NCBI RefSeq assembly: GCF_004010195.1
Contig: NC_057748.1
Coordinates: 4,849,374-4,913,373 of the forward strand
Length of the DNA: 64,000 nucleotides
Direction: 5' to 3'
DNA from: Chiloscyllium plagiosum
Taxonomy: Eukaryota
Below, one piece after another: positions 13,854 to 27,655 of the stretch (position 1 is the stretch's first letter; the number at the start of each line of letters is the position of its first letter). Below the pieces are notes generated by a model. The model was given only the letters and a program-made list of their open reading frames with translations, made no database searches and was not told where the DNA came from. The position numbers and the translations under genes are program-made.

Positions 13854-15439
13854 ATTTAAAATCACAAGCTTTCGGAGAGCTGACCCTTCGTCAGTGAAGC
13901 ACTTCTGACTTTGTCCACCCCAGTCTAACACCGGCATCTCCACATCATGGCTACATTAGGCCCACTGTAACCAGTCCGACATGGGGCAGAGGGGAGTTCT
14001 CAGAGGACAGTCCTCAGGGTGGAAGATGGAAGGGGACACTGTGGGGGCGGCACAATAGCTCAATGGTTAGCACTGCTGCCTCAGCGCCAGGGACCCTGGG
14101 TTCAATTCTCAGGTGACTGTCTGTGTGGAGTTTGCACATTCTCCCCGTGTCTGCGTGGGTTTCCTCTGGGTGCTCTGGTTTCCTCCCACAGTCCAAAAGA
14201 TGTACAGGTCAAGTGAATTGGTCGTGCTAAATTGCCCATAGTATTAGGTGCATTAGCCAGGGGTAATTACAGGGTAGGGGAATTGGTCTGGGTGGGTTAC
14301 TCTTCGGAGGGTCAGTGTAAACTTGTTGGGCCGAAGAGCCTGTTCCATACTGTGGGGAATCTAATCTAATCAGGAAACCCCGAAAATCAACAGCCCTAAC
14401 ATTTCTTCATGGGGTTACAAACTTCCCTGAGGGCTCCGTTCATATTCATGTTGGACTAACATTTTAAACCTCTCTGAACAGTCACAAAGATGTGAGTGGG
14501 CAGTTTGTTTTCCAACATACAGAACCTTCTTGATCACTGTACCACCCTCCAAATGGGCATTACATGCGTTCCCCGCTGTCACATGCCCTCTTAGTCAGAC
14601 ATCCCTCACGATTCCCCATGTGCCCCACAAACTTTGCTGTAACTGATGTACGCTCCTGTAGCCCTACTAGAAATACAAATGGTATGAACAACATGGTCTG
14701 CTTTTTACCCTGTAATCCAAGTGTTGCCTACTCAATTTCAAAAAGAGCTCGTCTAACTATTTTACAGCTAATAATCATCAGTGGCGCAGTGGGTAGTGTC
14801 CCTGTCTCTGTGGTAGAAGCTTTGCAATTGAGTTCCACTACAGCCAACAAAGGTGTGTTTAGAATGTGGTCAAACCAGCTGATTCTCTGTAATGCACACG
14901 GTAGGCAGTGACAGTGAGAGGGGGAGGTCTGGTCAGCCGTGTGATAGAAAGGATGTTGAAGCCTCTGTCCACAGCTCCAGACAGCAACATGCAGGTAAAA
15001 GTGTATGTTGCCACAGAAACCCAGTGGGGAAGGAAGGCAGGTTGGTCCAATTCTCTGGATTACTGATGTGTGGTCAGATTGGAACTGACAGCGAGCAATT
15101 CAATCCTCATTTCAGCTGGGATAGATCTGTCTACTTATGAGATCACAGTGCTGTTGGATGAAGAAGAATTGTAGTTCCTTTGGAATTCTGCATACTCTCA
15201 TCCCTGGTAGCCCTGCCTGGGGTTTCTCATCACCTTGCTCTTGTCCCACTTCTGCCTGAATGCTGCTCTCCTTAGCTCTTTTCTCTCTGTTATTACCCCT
15301 CAACCCTCTCTCACTGCCTCTGTCTCACACACACATGTGCACTTTCTCTGTCTCTCTCTCTTACAGCCTGGTCTTGTTTAACTACATGGGAGTACATCTT
15401 TCCTGCTTCAGAAACCTGAAGCACAAAGGGACTTGGGCA

Positions 15440-16150
15440 TCCCAGATCAGGATTCTTTTAAGGTTAACATGTAGTTAGGAAGTTGGCAGTTAGGAAGGTA
15501 AGTGCTATGTTAACATTCGTTCCAAGAAGGCTAGAATACAAGAGCAGAGATGTACTGCTGAGGCTGTATAAGGCTGTGGTCAGACTGCAGTTAGAATATT
15601 GTGAGCAATTTTGAGCCCCATATTTAAAGAAGGATGTGCTGGTGTTGGAGGCGGGTAGGGGGGTCCAGGGAAGGTTTACAAGAATAATCCTGGGGATGAA
15701 GGGCTTGTCATATGAGGTGAAGTTGAGGAGTCTAGGATTGTACTCAGTGGAGTTTAGAAGGATGAGGGGAGAGCTGATTGAAACTTATAAAACACTGAGA
15801 GGTCTGGGTAGAGTGAATATGGAGAAAACGTTTCCACTCATAGGAGAGACTAGGACCTGAGGGCACAGCCTCAGAGAGAAGGGATGACCCTTTAGAACTG
15901 CAATGAGAAGGAATTTCTTCAGCCAGAGGATGGGGAATCTGTGGAACTCATTGCAGCAGAGGTCTCTGGAGGCCAAGTGATTGAGTGCATTTAAGACAGA
16001 GATAGATCAGTTCTTGATGGGTGAGGGGATCAAGGGTAACAGATAGAAGGCAGGAGGATGGGGTTGAGAGACATGTCAGCCTTGATCGAATGGTAGAGCA
16101 GACATGATGGGCCGAATGGCTTAATTCTGCTTCTATATCTTATGGTCCAA
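15440..16150 (+). mobile_element. CR1 LINE 3' fragment
   Basis: RFTRIILGMKGLSYE...RRMRGELIETYK...TRT and 3' UTR. Confidence 0.88.
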
Positions 16151-16309
16151 GGTCTTAGGGTTGATATGGTGGCTATCAGAACTGTCAAAGTACTTGAGCT
16201 TTTGTCGAACTAGTGTTGTATATTATTCTACAACTTGCCTGCTCTTATATGTTAAGCCTGGGACAATAAAGGAAAGCATGCCATATACCCTACTTTATTG
16301 TAGGTTAGG

Positions 16310-16630
16310 TGATGACTAATGCTATTATCACTGGATTGTCAATCCAGAGAAAGAAGACATTTTCAGGGGACTTGGGTTCAAATCCCACCATGGCAGATGA
16401 TGAAATTAAACTCAATAAAAATCTCGAATTAAAAGTCTATTAATAGCCATGAATCTGTTGCCAATTGTGCGGAAAACCCCGTCTGCTTCACTAATATCCT
16501 TTAGGGAAGGGAAAACTGCCATCCATACTTGATCTGGCCTACATGTGACTCCAGACCCATAGCAATGTGGTTGACTCTTAACTGCCCTCTGGGCAATTAG
16601 GGAGGGGCAAACAACTAGTGAATGAATTTT
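16310..16630 (+). mobile_element. Second tRNA-derived SINE family
   Basis: B box GGGTTCAAATCCC; core CTACATGTGACTCCAGACCCA(C/T)AGCAATGTGGTTGACTCTTAACTGCCCTCTG; tail GGGCAATTAGGGA. Copies at about 4130-4410(-), 5995-6340(-), 6535-6870(+), 7540-7830(-), 32030-32310(-), 32990-33290(-), 40780-41100(+). Confidence 0.75.
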
Positions 16631-18664
16631 AAAAATCTTTCTTGCTAGCTTTGAGGATATATGGATATTTCTCGACAGTCTCCCTGTTTCTCCACATTAC
16701 TAAGTCATCTCCCAGTTATTGTGGGCCCTTGTGGCATTTTTCAAATCGCGTTAATTGTGTTCCTCTGGTTTGAGCTTTACTTTCCACTCTTCTGCCCAAT
16801 TGACCAGACCATCTCCCCGCAGTCTGACGTTCTCTTACTCACTGCCAACCAGTATCGGTCTGAATTTGTTAACTTCTTTATCCCGCCTCTGATATCATCA
16901 ACAAAAATACAATTTAATAAACACCAGCCGCTGAATCCTTTTCACAGTTTCCTTCCACAAGATAGAATGTGGATTATAGGACTAAAGGGATCAAAGCGTA
17001 TGGGGAGAATGTGGTAACAAGACACTTATTTATAGAGTGATCCAGCACAGAAACAGATCATTTGGTCCATCTAGTCCACGTTGACCATTATCCCAAACTA
17101 AACTAGTCCCACCTGCCTGCTCCTGGTCCATATTCCTCCAAACCTTTTAAATATTGTGACTGTACTCATATCCACCACTTTCTCTGGAAGCTCATTCCAC
17201 ACACCAACCACCCTCTGTCTAAAACGATTGCACTTTGTGTCTTTTTTTAAATCTTTCTCCTCTCACCTTAAAAAATGAGTCTAAAATTGTTCCTGTATAC
17301 ACGTGTGTCTGGGTGCATATATATGGACATGCAACTGTACACAAACATATGAGTTCACGCAGACACATATACATGGACATGCACTGACATAGAGAACAGT
17401 GAACACACTCATATCCCCTTTTTAATGACTGCATTTTCTGATGGTTAATCAGTTAGTATCTGAGATAAGGCGTGAGTGCTGAATTAGTTGATGGTGTGGT
17501 AACTTGGTTTGGTAATAGAGATGCCATTATAAATTAAAGTACAAATCATTCACTGATTAGATTAACCTTTGGAATTCTACCTTTGAAGTTTCATTTGTTG
17601 TCATTCATTTTAACTTTATTTATTGCAAGCCACTGCTCTGAACCTTTATCTCACAGCGAACCCCATTGTTAGACCTTGAAAGATTTCCACTGTCTGGTTG
17701 TTGTGGACAGACTGATCGGTGGGGCAGGGAGAGCAGGCTGGAGAAACTCTGTAAGAGCAGGCAGCAGGGGAGGGGGGAGCCCATGACAGCCAAAGTGAGG
17801 GGGCCTCAAGTTCAACAGTGGCCATTAATCTGTCATAGTTCACGACCCAAAACCTTCAACCCATGACCCCACCTCCCCAACTATCCACCCACTCCCTCTC
17901 CTGACATGGTTTTCTGGCTCCCATGTGAGCATTTTAAATTAATCCTTACTTTCTCAAGTTTTGATTAGATTAGATTCCCTACAGTGTGGAAACAGGCCCT
18001 TTGGCCCAACAAGTCCACACTGACCCTCCGAAGAGTAACCCACCCACACCCATTTCCTCTCTGACTAGTGCACCTAACACTATGGGCAATTTAGCATGGC
18101 CAATTCACCTGGACTGTGGGAGGAAACCGGGGAGAATGTGCAAACTCCACACAAACAGTCGCCCGAGGCTGGAATCGAACCTGGGACCCTAGTACCGTGA
18201 GGCAACTGTGCTAACCACTGAGCCACCGTGCCACCCATATTTGTTTCTGCAAAGTTCAACTGGAAAAGGGGTTACTTGTTGTTATTGTGAACTGTTACTG
18301 TTGGATGACCCTTGCAAGTTCATCTGGCCAGTGCCTGTGGCGCCATCTCAGTAGATAAGAGCTCAAGCATATACTTTCTATCAGGGTTACTAACTCATAT
18401 CTAATGTTTACAAAACAACGTTCTAAATATGGGCAGAACTCACTGCCACTTCTCTGTCCCAGAATACAGAAACATCATAGGCTGGAGTAGGCCATTCGGC
18501 CCTTCGAGTTTGCTCTGCTGTGCAATATGATCACGGCTGATCGTCCGACTCATTATGTGTCCTCGGTGATCTTGCTAGAACTGGAACCAAAAAATGCTGG
18601 AGATTATCCATGGAGAGAGCGCAAGTTACCGTTTTGAGTCGAGATGACGCTTCAACTTGCCAAC

Positions 18665-19425
18665 TGGATACAAAATTAGCAGGAGACAGAGCGTGATGGT
18701 GGAGGATTGTTTTTCGGACTGGAGGCCTGTGACCAGCAGTGTTTCACAGGGATTGGTGCTGGGTCCACTTTTCTTTGAGATTTATATCAATGATTTAGAT
18801 GAGAAAGCATCATTAGTTTGGGGATGACACCAAAATTAGTGGTAAAGTGGATAGTCATCTAAGGTCATCTAAGATTACAAAGAGATCCAGATCAATTGGG
18901 CTGAGGAGTGGCAGATGGAGTTTAATTTGGATAAATGGGAGGTATTGCATTTTGGTAAAACTAACAAGGGCAGGACTTATACAATTAAAAGTAAGGCCCT
19001 GGGTGGTGTTGTAGAACAGAGAGACCTAGGGGGTGCAGGTACATAATTCTTTGAAATTTGCGTCACGTAGACAGGGTGGTTAGGAAGGTGTTTGGCACAC
19101 TTGCCTGCATTGCTCAGAGCCTTGAGTGCAGGAGGTGGGACGTCATGCTGAGGTTGTACAAGACATTGGTGAGGCCTCTTCTGGAGTAGTGTCTCTACTT
19201 CTAATCGCACTGATATAGGAAGGACAATATGAAGCTGGAGTGGGTTCAGAAGAGATTTACCAGGATGTTGACAGGAATGGAGTGTATGAGCTATAAGGAG
19301 AGGCTGGAAAAGACTGGTATTTTTTTCATTGGACCAGAGGAGAATGAGGGGTGACCTTATAAAGGTTTATAAAAGTCATGAGGAGTATGGATACGGTGTA
19401 TTTTCCCTAGAGTGGGGGATTTCAA
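18665..19425 (+). mobile_element. CR1 LINE ORF2 fragment (degenerate RT)
   Basis: Decayed VxQGxVLGP and xxDDTK motifs followed by the LYKTLVRPLLE region. Confidence 0.85.
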
Positions 19426-20985
19426 GACCCTTCTTCAGAAATCGACCCAAAACATTAACTCTGATTTCTCTCCACAGATGCTGCCAGACCTGCTGAGCTT
19501 TTCCAGCAATTCTGCTGTTGTTTCTTGGATTTGCAGCACCCACAGTTTTTGTTTTTTAGTTTTCACAGGTATATATGGTACATCTCTGGTGGTTTTCATG
19601 CTGTATGCTCAGGTATATGCACTAATTCACCTCTTTTATAAGGCCAGGTTTGGCAGTGATTCCTCTTTGCTCCTCCTTTAACATAGTGACAGATAATCAT
19701 TGAACTGTACAGATAGTGAGAGTCATTCTCACGGCGTTCTGGGCCATGAGACAAAGTTTCTCCAACGATCGGGGACAGTGTTACCAGTGGCAGCGGACTC
19801 TTCAAGATGGCGGCCCTGGCATAGCAACATCTGCAGCTGACTCAGGGCCACACCCCACCTGGCCTGGCAACGGAGCCAGAGACTCCTGGTCACGGGGCGA
19901 GTGTGGGTTCAGTGGCATCAGTGAAGTGGACCCAGCAGTGAAGAAATGGTCCCTAAATGGCAGCGTGGTGGCTCAGTGGTTAGCACTGCTGCCTCACAGC
20001 ACCAGAGACCTGGGTTCAATTCCCACCTCAGGCAACTGTCTGTGTGGAGTTTGCACGTTCTCCCCGTGTCTGCGTGGGTTTCCTCCGGGTGCTCCGGTTT
20101 TCTCCCACAGTCCAAAGATGTGTAGGTTAGGGTGGATTGGCCATGGGAAATTGCACCATAGTGTCCAGGGATGTATAGGTTAGGTGGGTTAGCCAGGAGA
20201 TATGCAGGGTTATAGGGATAGGGTAGGAAGCTGTGTCTGGGTGGGATGCTGTTTGGTTGGGCTGAATGGCCTGTTTCCATACTGTGGGGATTCTATACTG
20301 CATGTGAATGTGGGTTAAAGTGTTCATAGAACGTAGAACAGCATAGTACTGGAACAGGCCCTTTGGCCCCCAGTATTGTGCCAGACACGATGCCAAATTA
20401 AACTGATCCCTTCTGCCTGCCCCTTGGTCCATATCCCGCCATTTCTTGCATATTCATGTGCTTATCTAAAAGCCCATTAAATGTTCCGCAGACCCCATTT
20501 AGCTTCTGCCCGATGGCCAAGAATGTGTTGTTTTATTACCTGTCACAGCACTCATTGTTGGCTTATTTCAGAGGTCCAGGCCTGTTACAAAGTCCGATCG
20601 CATTATCTTGTTGGTGCGTTGTGAACCTTGTTACCTACCTGTTACCAGTTGATTGTGTAAGGCTGGCTAAGTAAAGCCACGATGCAGACATCAGATTTCC
20701 CACCACACATCTGTCGCTGGGAGATTTGTTTGAATTTTATTCATTTTGGCAGCAATAGCCTCTCACTGGAGTGGGGGAGGGGGAGGGTCTGAGTCTTTGG
20801 GCCCAAGAATTACTCAGAGGTGATAGGGTCCAGTTTACCACTGGCCCACCAATATCTGGTGTTTTGGCTATTTCTCTGCTCCCAGCATCTGTTGGTTTGG
20901 GGGAGGGAGGTGGTGAAATGAGTCAATCCTGAAGGGGGAGGGTGGTCTGGGGGGGAAAGAGGTGGTATGAGTCTACGTTATTAAT

Positions 20986-23900
20986 ATGGTGACGGTGGGG
21001 TGAGGGGAGTGGGTCCAGTGCAGCCTCATGGTGACGGTGGGGTGAGGGGAGTGGGTCCAGTGCAGCCTCATGGTGACGGTGGGGTGAGGGGAGTGGGTCC
21101 AGTGCAGCCTCATGGTGACGGTGGGGTGAGGGGAGTGGGTCCAGTGCAGCCTCATGGTGACGGTGGGGTGAGGGGAGTGGGTCCAGTGCAGCCTCATGGT
21201 GACGGTGGGGTGAGGGGAGTGGGTCCAGTGCAGCCTCATGGTGACGGTGGGGTGAGGGGAGTGGGTCCAGTGCAGCCTCATGGTGACGGTGGGGTGAGGG
21301 GAGTGGGTCCAGTGCAGCCTCATGGTGACGGTGGGGTGAGGGGAGTGGGTCCAGTGCAGCCTCATGGTGACGGTGGGGTGAGGGGAGTGGGTCCAGTGCA
21401 GCCTCATGGTGACGGTGGGGTGAGGGGAGTGGGTCCAGTGCAGCCTCATGGTGACGGTGGGGTGAGGGGAGTGGGTCCAGTGCAGCCTCATGGTGACGGT
21501 GGGGTGAGGGGAGTGGGTCCAGTGCAGCCTCATGGTGACGGTGGGGTGAGGGGAGTGGGTCCAGTGCAGCCTCATGGTGACGGTGGGGTGAGGGGAGTGG
21601 GTCCAGTGCAGCCTCATGGTGACGGTGGGGTGAGGGGAGTGGGTCCAGTGCAGCCTCATGGTGACGGTGGGGTGAGGGGAGTGGGTCCAGTGCAGCCTCA
21701 TGGTGACGGTGGGGTGAGGGGAGTGGGTCCAGTGCAGCCTCATGGTGACGGTGGGGTGAGGGGAGTGGGTCCAGTGCAGCCTCATGGTGACGGTGGGGTG
21801 AGGGGAGTGGGTCCAGTGCAGCCTCATGGTGACGGTGGGGTGAGGGGAGTGGGTCCAGTGCAGCCTCATGGTGACGGTGGGGTGAGGGGAGTGGGTCCAG
21901 TGCAGCCTCATGGTGACGGTGGGGTGAGGGGAGTGGGTCCAGTGCAGCCTCATGGTGACGGTGGGGTGAGGGGAGTGGGTCCAGTGCAGCCTCATGGTGA
22001 CGGTGGGGTGAGGGGAGTGGGTCCAGTGCAGCCTCATGGTGACGGTGGGGTGAGGGGAGTGGGTCCAGTGCAGCCTCATGGTGACGGTGGGGTGAGGGGA
22101 GTGGGTCCAGTGCAGCCTCATGGTGACGGTGGGGTGAGGGGAGTGGGTCCAGTGCAGCCTCATGGTGACGGTGGGGTGAGGGGAGTGGGTCCAGTGCAGC
22201 CTCATGGTGACGGTGGGGTGAGGGGAGTGGGTCCAGTGCAGCCTCATGGTGACGGTGGGGTGAGGGGAGTGGGTCCAGTGCAGCCTCATGGTGACGGTGG
22301 GGTGAGGGGAGTGGGTCCAGTGCAGCCTCATGGTGACGGTGGGGTGAGGGGAGTGGGTCCAGTGCAGCCTCATGGTGACGGTGGGGTGAGGGGAGTGGGT
22401 CCAGTGCAGCCTCATGGTGACGGTGGGGTGAGGGGAGTGGGTCCAGTGCAGCCTCATGGTGACGGTGGGGTGAGGGGAGTGGGTCCAGTGCAGCCTCATG
22501 GTGACGGTGGGGTGAGGGGAGTGGGTCCAGTGCAGCCTCATGGTGACGGTGGGGTGAGGGGAGTGGGTCCAGTGCAGCCTCATGGTGACGGTGGGGTGAG
22601 GGGAGTGGGTCCAGTGCAGCCTCATGGTGACGGTGGGGTGAGGGGAGTGGGTCCAGTGCAGCCTCATGGTGACGGTGGGGTGAGGGGAGTGGGTCCAGTG
22701 CAGCCTCATGGTGACGGTGGGGTGAGGGGAGTGGGTCCAGTGCAGCCTCATGGTGACGGTGGGGTGAGGGGAGTGGGTCCAGTGCAGCCTCATGGTGACG
22801 GTGGGGTGAGGGGAGTGGGTCCAGTGCAGCCTCATGGTGACGGTGGGGTGAGGGGAGTGGGTCCAGTGCAGCCTCATGGTGACGGTGGGGTGAGGGGAGT
22901 GGGTCCAGTGCAGCCTCATGGTGACGGTGGGGTGAGGGGAGTGGGTCCAGTGCAGCCTCATGGTGACGGTGGGGTGAGGGGAGTGGGTCCAGTGCAGCCT
23001 CATGGTGACGGTGGGGTGAGGGGAGTGGGTCCAGTGCAGCCTCATGGTGACGGTGGGGTGAGGGGAGTGGGTCCAGTGCAGCCTCATGGTGACGGTGGGG
23101 TGAGGGGAGTGGGTCCAGTGCAGCCTCATGGTGACGGTGGGGTGAGGGGAGTGGGTCCAGTGCAGCCTCATGGTGACGGTGGGGTGAGGGGAGTGGGTCC
23201 AGTGCAGCCTCATGGTGACGGTGGGGTGAGGGGAGTGGGTCCAGTGCAGCCTCATGGTGACGGTGGGGTGAGGGGAGTGGGTCCAGTGCAGCCTCATGGT
23301 GACGGTGGGGTGAGGGGAGTGGGTCCAGTGCAGCCTCATGGTGACGGTGGGGTGAGGGGAGTGGGTCCAGTGCAGCCTCATGGTGACGGTGGGGTGAGGG
23401 GAGTGGGTCCAGTGCAGCCTCATGGTGACGGTGGGGTGAGGGGAGTGGGTCCAGTGCAGCCTCATGGTGACGGTGGGGTGAGGGGAGTGGGTCCAGTGCA
23501 GCCTCATGGTGACGGTGGGGTGAGGGGAGTGGGTCCAGTGCAGCCTCATGGTGACGGTGGGGTGAGGGGAGTGGGTCCAGTGCAGCCTCATGGTGACGGT
23601 GGGGTGAGGGGAGTGGGTCCAGTGCAGCCTCATGGTGACGGTGGGGTGAGGGGAGTGGGTCCAGTGCAGCCTCATGGTGACGGTGGGGTGAGGGGAGTGG
23701 GTCCAGTGCAGCCTCATGGTGACGGTGGGGTGAGGGGAGTGGGTCCAGTGCAGCCTCATGGTGACGGTGGGGTGAGGGGAGTGGGTCCAGTGCAGCCTCA
23801 TGGTGACGGTGGGGTGAGGGGAGTGGGTCCAGTGCAGCCTCATGGTGACGGTGGGGTGAGGGGAGTGGGTCCAGTGCAGCCTCATGGTGACGGTGGGGTG

Positions 23901-26900
23901 AGGGGAGTGGGTCCAGTGCAGCCTCATGGTGACGGTGGGGTGAGGGGAGTGGGTCCAGTGCAGCCTCATGGTGACGGTGGGGTGAGGGGAGTGGGTCCAG
24001 TGCAGCCTCATGGTGACGGTGGGGTGAGGGGAGTGGGTCCAGTGCAGCCTCATGGTGACGGTGGGGTGAGGGGAGTGGGTCCAGTGCAGCCTCATGGTGA
24101 CGGTGGGGTGAGGGGAGTGGGTCCAGTGCAGCCTCATGGTGACGGTGGGGTGAGGGGAGTGGGTCCAGTGCAGCCTCATGGTGACGGTGGGGTGAGGGGA
24201 GTGGGTCCAGTGCAGCCTCATGGTGACGGTGGGGTGAGGGGAGTGGGTCCAGTGCAGCCTCATGGTGACGGTGGGGTGAGGGGAGTGGGTCCAGTGCAGC
24301 CTCATGGTGACGGTGGGGTGAGGGGAGTGGGTCCAGTGCAGCCTCATGGTGACGGTGGGGTGAGGGGAGTGGGTCCAGTGCAGCCTCATGGTGACGGTGG
24401 GGTGAGGGGAGTGGGTCCAGTGCAGCCTCATGGTGACGGTGGGGTGAGGGGAGTGGGTCCAGTGCAGCCTCATGGTGACGGTGGGGTGAGGGGAGTGGGT
24501 CCAGTGCAGCCTCATGGTGACGGTGGGGTGAGGGGAGTGGGTCCAGTGCAGCCTCATGGTGACGGTGGGGTGAGGGGAGTGGGTCCAGTGCAGCCTCATG
24601 GTGACGGTGGGGTGAGGGGAGTGGGTCCAGTGCAGCCTCATGGTGACGGTGGGGTGAGGGGAGTGGGTCCAGTGCAGCCTCATGGTGACGGTGGGGTGAG
24701 GGGAGTGGGTCCAGTGCAGCCTCATGGTGACGGTGGGGTGAGGGGAGTGGGTCCAGTGCAGCCTCATGGTGACGGTGGGGTGAGGGGAGTGGGTCCAGTG
24801 CAGCCTCATGGTGACGGTGGGGTGAGGGGAGTGGGTCCAGTGCAGCCTCATGGTGACGGTGGGGTGAGGGGAGTGGGTCCAGTGCAGCCTCATGGTGACG
24901 GTGGGGTGAGGGGAGTGGGTCCAGTGCAGCCTCATGGTGACGGTGGGGTGAGGGGAGTGGGTCCAGTGCAGCCTCATGGTGACGGTGGGGTGAGGGGAGT
25001 GGGTCCAGTGCAGCCTCATGGTGACGGTGGGGTGAGGGGAGTGGGTCCAGTGCAGCCTCATGGTGACGGTGGGGTGAGGGGAGTGGGTCCAGTGCAGCCT
25101 CATGGTGACGGTGGGGTGAGGGGAGTGGGTCCAGTGCAGCCTCATGGTGACGGTGGGGTGAGGGGAGTGGGTCCAGTGCAGCCTCATGGTGACGGTGGGG
25201 TGAGGGGAGTGGGTCCAGTGCAGCCTCATGGTGACGGTGGGGTGAGGGGAGTGGGTCCAGTGCAGCCTCATGGTGACGGTGGGGTGAGGGGAGTGGGTCC
25301 AGTGCAGCCTCATGGTGACGGTGGGGTGAGGGGAGTGGGTCCAGTGCAGCCTCATGGTGACGGTGGGGTGAGGGGAGTGGGTCCAGTGCAGCCTCATGGT
25401 GACGGTGGGGTGAGGGGAGTGGGTCCAGTGCAGCCTCATGGTGACGGTGGGGTGAGGGGAGTGGGTCCAGTGCAGCCTCATGGTGACGGTGGGGTGAGGG
25501 GAGTGGGTCCAGTGCAGCCTCATGGTGACGGTGGGGTGAGGGGAGTGGGTCCAGTGCAGCCTCATGGTGACGGTGGGGTGAGGGGAGTGGGTCCAGTGCA
25601 GCCTCATGGTGACGGTGGGGTGAGGGGAGTGGGTCCAGTGCAGCCTCATGGTGACGGTGGGGTGAGGGGAGTGGGTCCAGTGCAGCCTCATGGTGACGGT
25701 GGGGTGAGGGGAGTGGGTCCAGTGCAGCCTCATGGTGACGGTGGGGTGAGGGGAGTGGGTCCAGTGCAGCCTCATGGTGACGGTGGGGTGAGGGGAGTGG
25801 GTCCAGTGCAGCCTCATGGTGACGGTGGGGTGAGGGGAGTGGGTCCAGTGCAGCCTCATGGTGACGGTGGGGTGAGGGGAGTGGGTCCAGTGCAGCCTCA
25901 TGGTGACGGTGGGGTGAGGGGAGTGGGTCCAGTGCAGCCTCATGGTGACGGTGGGGTGAGGGGAGTGGGTCCAGTGCAGCCTCATGGTGACGGTGGGGTG
26001 AGGGGAGTGGGTCCAGTGCAGCCTCATGGTGACGGTGGGGTGAGGGGAGTGGGTCCAGTGCAGCCTCATGGTGACGGTGGGGTGAGGGGAGTGGGTCCAG
26101 TGCAGCCTCATGGTGACGGTGGGGTGAGGGGAGTGGGTCCAGTGCAGCCTCATGGTGACGGTGGGGTGAGGGGAGTGGGTCCAGTGCAGCCTCATGGTGA
26201 CGGTGGGGTGAGGGGAGTGGGTCCAGTGCAGCCTCATGGTGACGGTGGGGTGAGGGGAGTGGGTCCAGTGCAGCCTCATGGTGACGGTGGGGTGAGGGGA
26301 GTGGGTCCAGTGCAGCCTCATGGTGACGGTGGGGTGAGGGGAGTGGGTCCAGTGCAGCCTCATGGTGACGGTGGGGTGAGGGGAGTGGGTCCAGTGCAGC
26401 CTCATGGTGACGGTGGGGTGAGGGGAGTGGGTCCAGTGCAGCCTCATGGTGACGGTGGGGTGAGGGGAGTGGGTCCAGTGCAGCCTCATGGTGACGGTGG
26501 GGTGAGGGGAGTGGGTCCAGTGCAGCCTCATGGTGACGGTGGGGTGAGGGGAGTGGGTCCAGTGCAGCCTCATGGTGACGGTGGGGTGAGGGGAGTGGGT
26601 CCAGTGCAGCCTCATGGTGACGGTGGGGTGAGGGGAGTGGGTCCAGTGCAGCCTCATGGTGACGGTGGGGTGAGGGGAGTGGGTCCAGTGCAGCCTCATG
26701 GTGACGGTGGGGTGAGGGGAGTGGGTCCAGTGCAGCCTCATGGTGACGGTGGGGTGAGGGGAGTGGGTCCAGTGCAGCCTCATGGTGACGGTGGGGTGAG
26801 GGGAGTGGGTCCAGTGCAGCCTCATGGTGACGGTGGGGTGAGGGGAGTGGGTCCAGTGCAGCCTCATGGTGACGGTGGGGTGAGGGGAGTGGGTCCAGTG

Positions 26901-27655
26901 CAGCCTCATGGTGACGGTGGGGTGAGGGGAGTGGGTCCAGTGCAGCCTCATGGTGACGGTGGGGTGAGGGGAGTGGGTCCAGTGCAGCCTCATGGTGACG
27001 GTGGGGTGAGGGGAGTGGGTCCAGTGCAGCCTCATGGTGACGGTGGGGTGAGGGGAGTGGGTCCAGTGCAGCCTCATGGTGACGGTGGGGTGAGGGGAGT
27101 GGGTCCAGTGCAGCCTCATGGTGACGGTGGGGTGAGGGGAGTGGGTCCAGTGCAGCCTCATGGTGACGGTGGGGTGAGGGGAGTGGGTCCAGTGCAGCCT
27201 CATGGTGACGGTGGGGTGAGGGGAGTGGGTCCAGTGCAGCCTCATGGTGACGGTGGGGTGAGGGGAGTGGGTCCAGTGCAGCCTCATGGTGACGGTGGGG
27301 TGAGGGGAGTGGGTCCAGTGCAGCCTCATGGTGACGGTGGGGTGAGGGGAGTGGGTCCAGTGCAGCCTCATGGTGACGGTGGGGTGAGGGGAGTGGGTCC
27401 AGTGCAGCCTCATGGTGACGGTGGGGTGAGGGGAGTGGGCCCAGCGCGGCCTCATGGTGATGGTGTGGGGAGGGGAGTGGGACCAGCGCAGCCTCATGGT
27501 GACGGTGGGGGAGTGGAGTTTAGGCCCAGTACAGCCTCATGGTGACGGTGGGGTGAGGGGAGTGGGCCCAGCGCGGCCTCATGGTGATGGTGTGGGGAGT
27601 GGAGTTTAGGCCCAGTACAGCCTCATGGTGACAGTGGGGGAGGTGGGTTTGGGCC
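20986..27655. repeat. 42-bp G-rich tandem array, ~154 identical units plus a few diverged units at the right end
   Basis: Unit ATGGTGACGGTGGGGTGAGGGGAGTGGGTCCAGTGCAGCCTC is invariant from 20986 to 27439 and degenerate to about 27655. Confidence 0.99.

Noticed and set aside
19803-19846. YY1 motif CAAGATGGCGGC and AP-1 TGACTCA as a hidden promoter
   Set aside because: No associated exon; the GC-rich segment looks like a repeat fragment among other repeats.
20973-27545. 2174-aa and 2181-aa ORFs on opposite strands
   Set aside because: By-products of a stop-free 42-bp unit (14 codons); no synonymous variation, splice context or unique domain.
20986-27655. CRISPR-like array
   Set aside because: No unique spacers, no cas genes, and a eukaryotic context.
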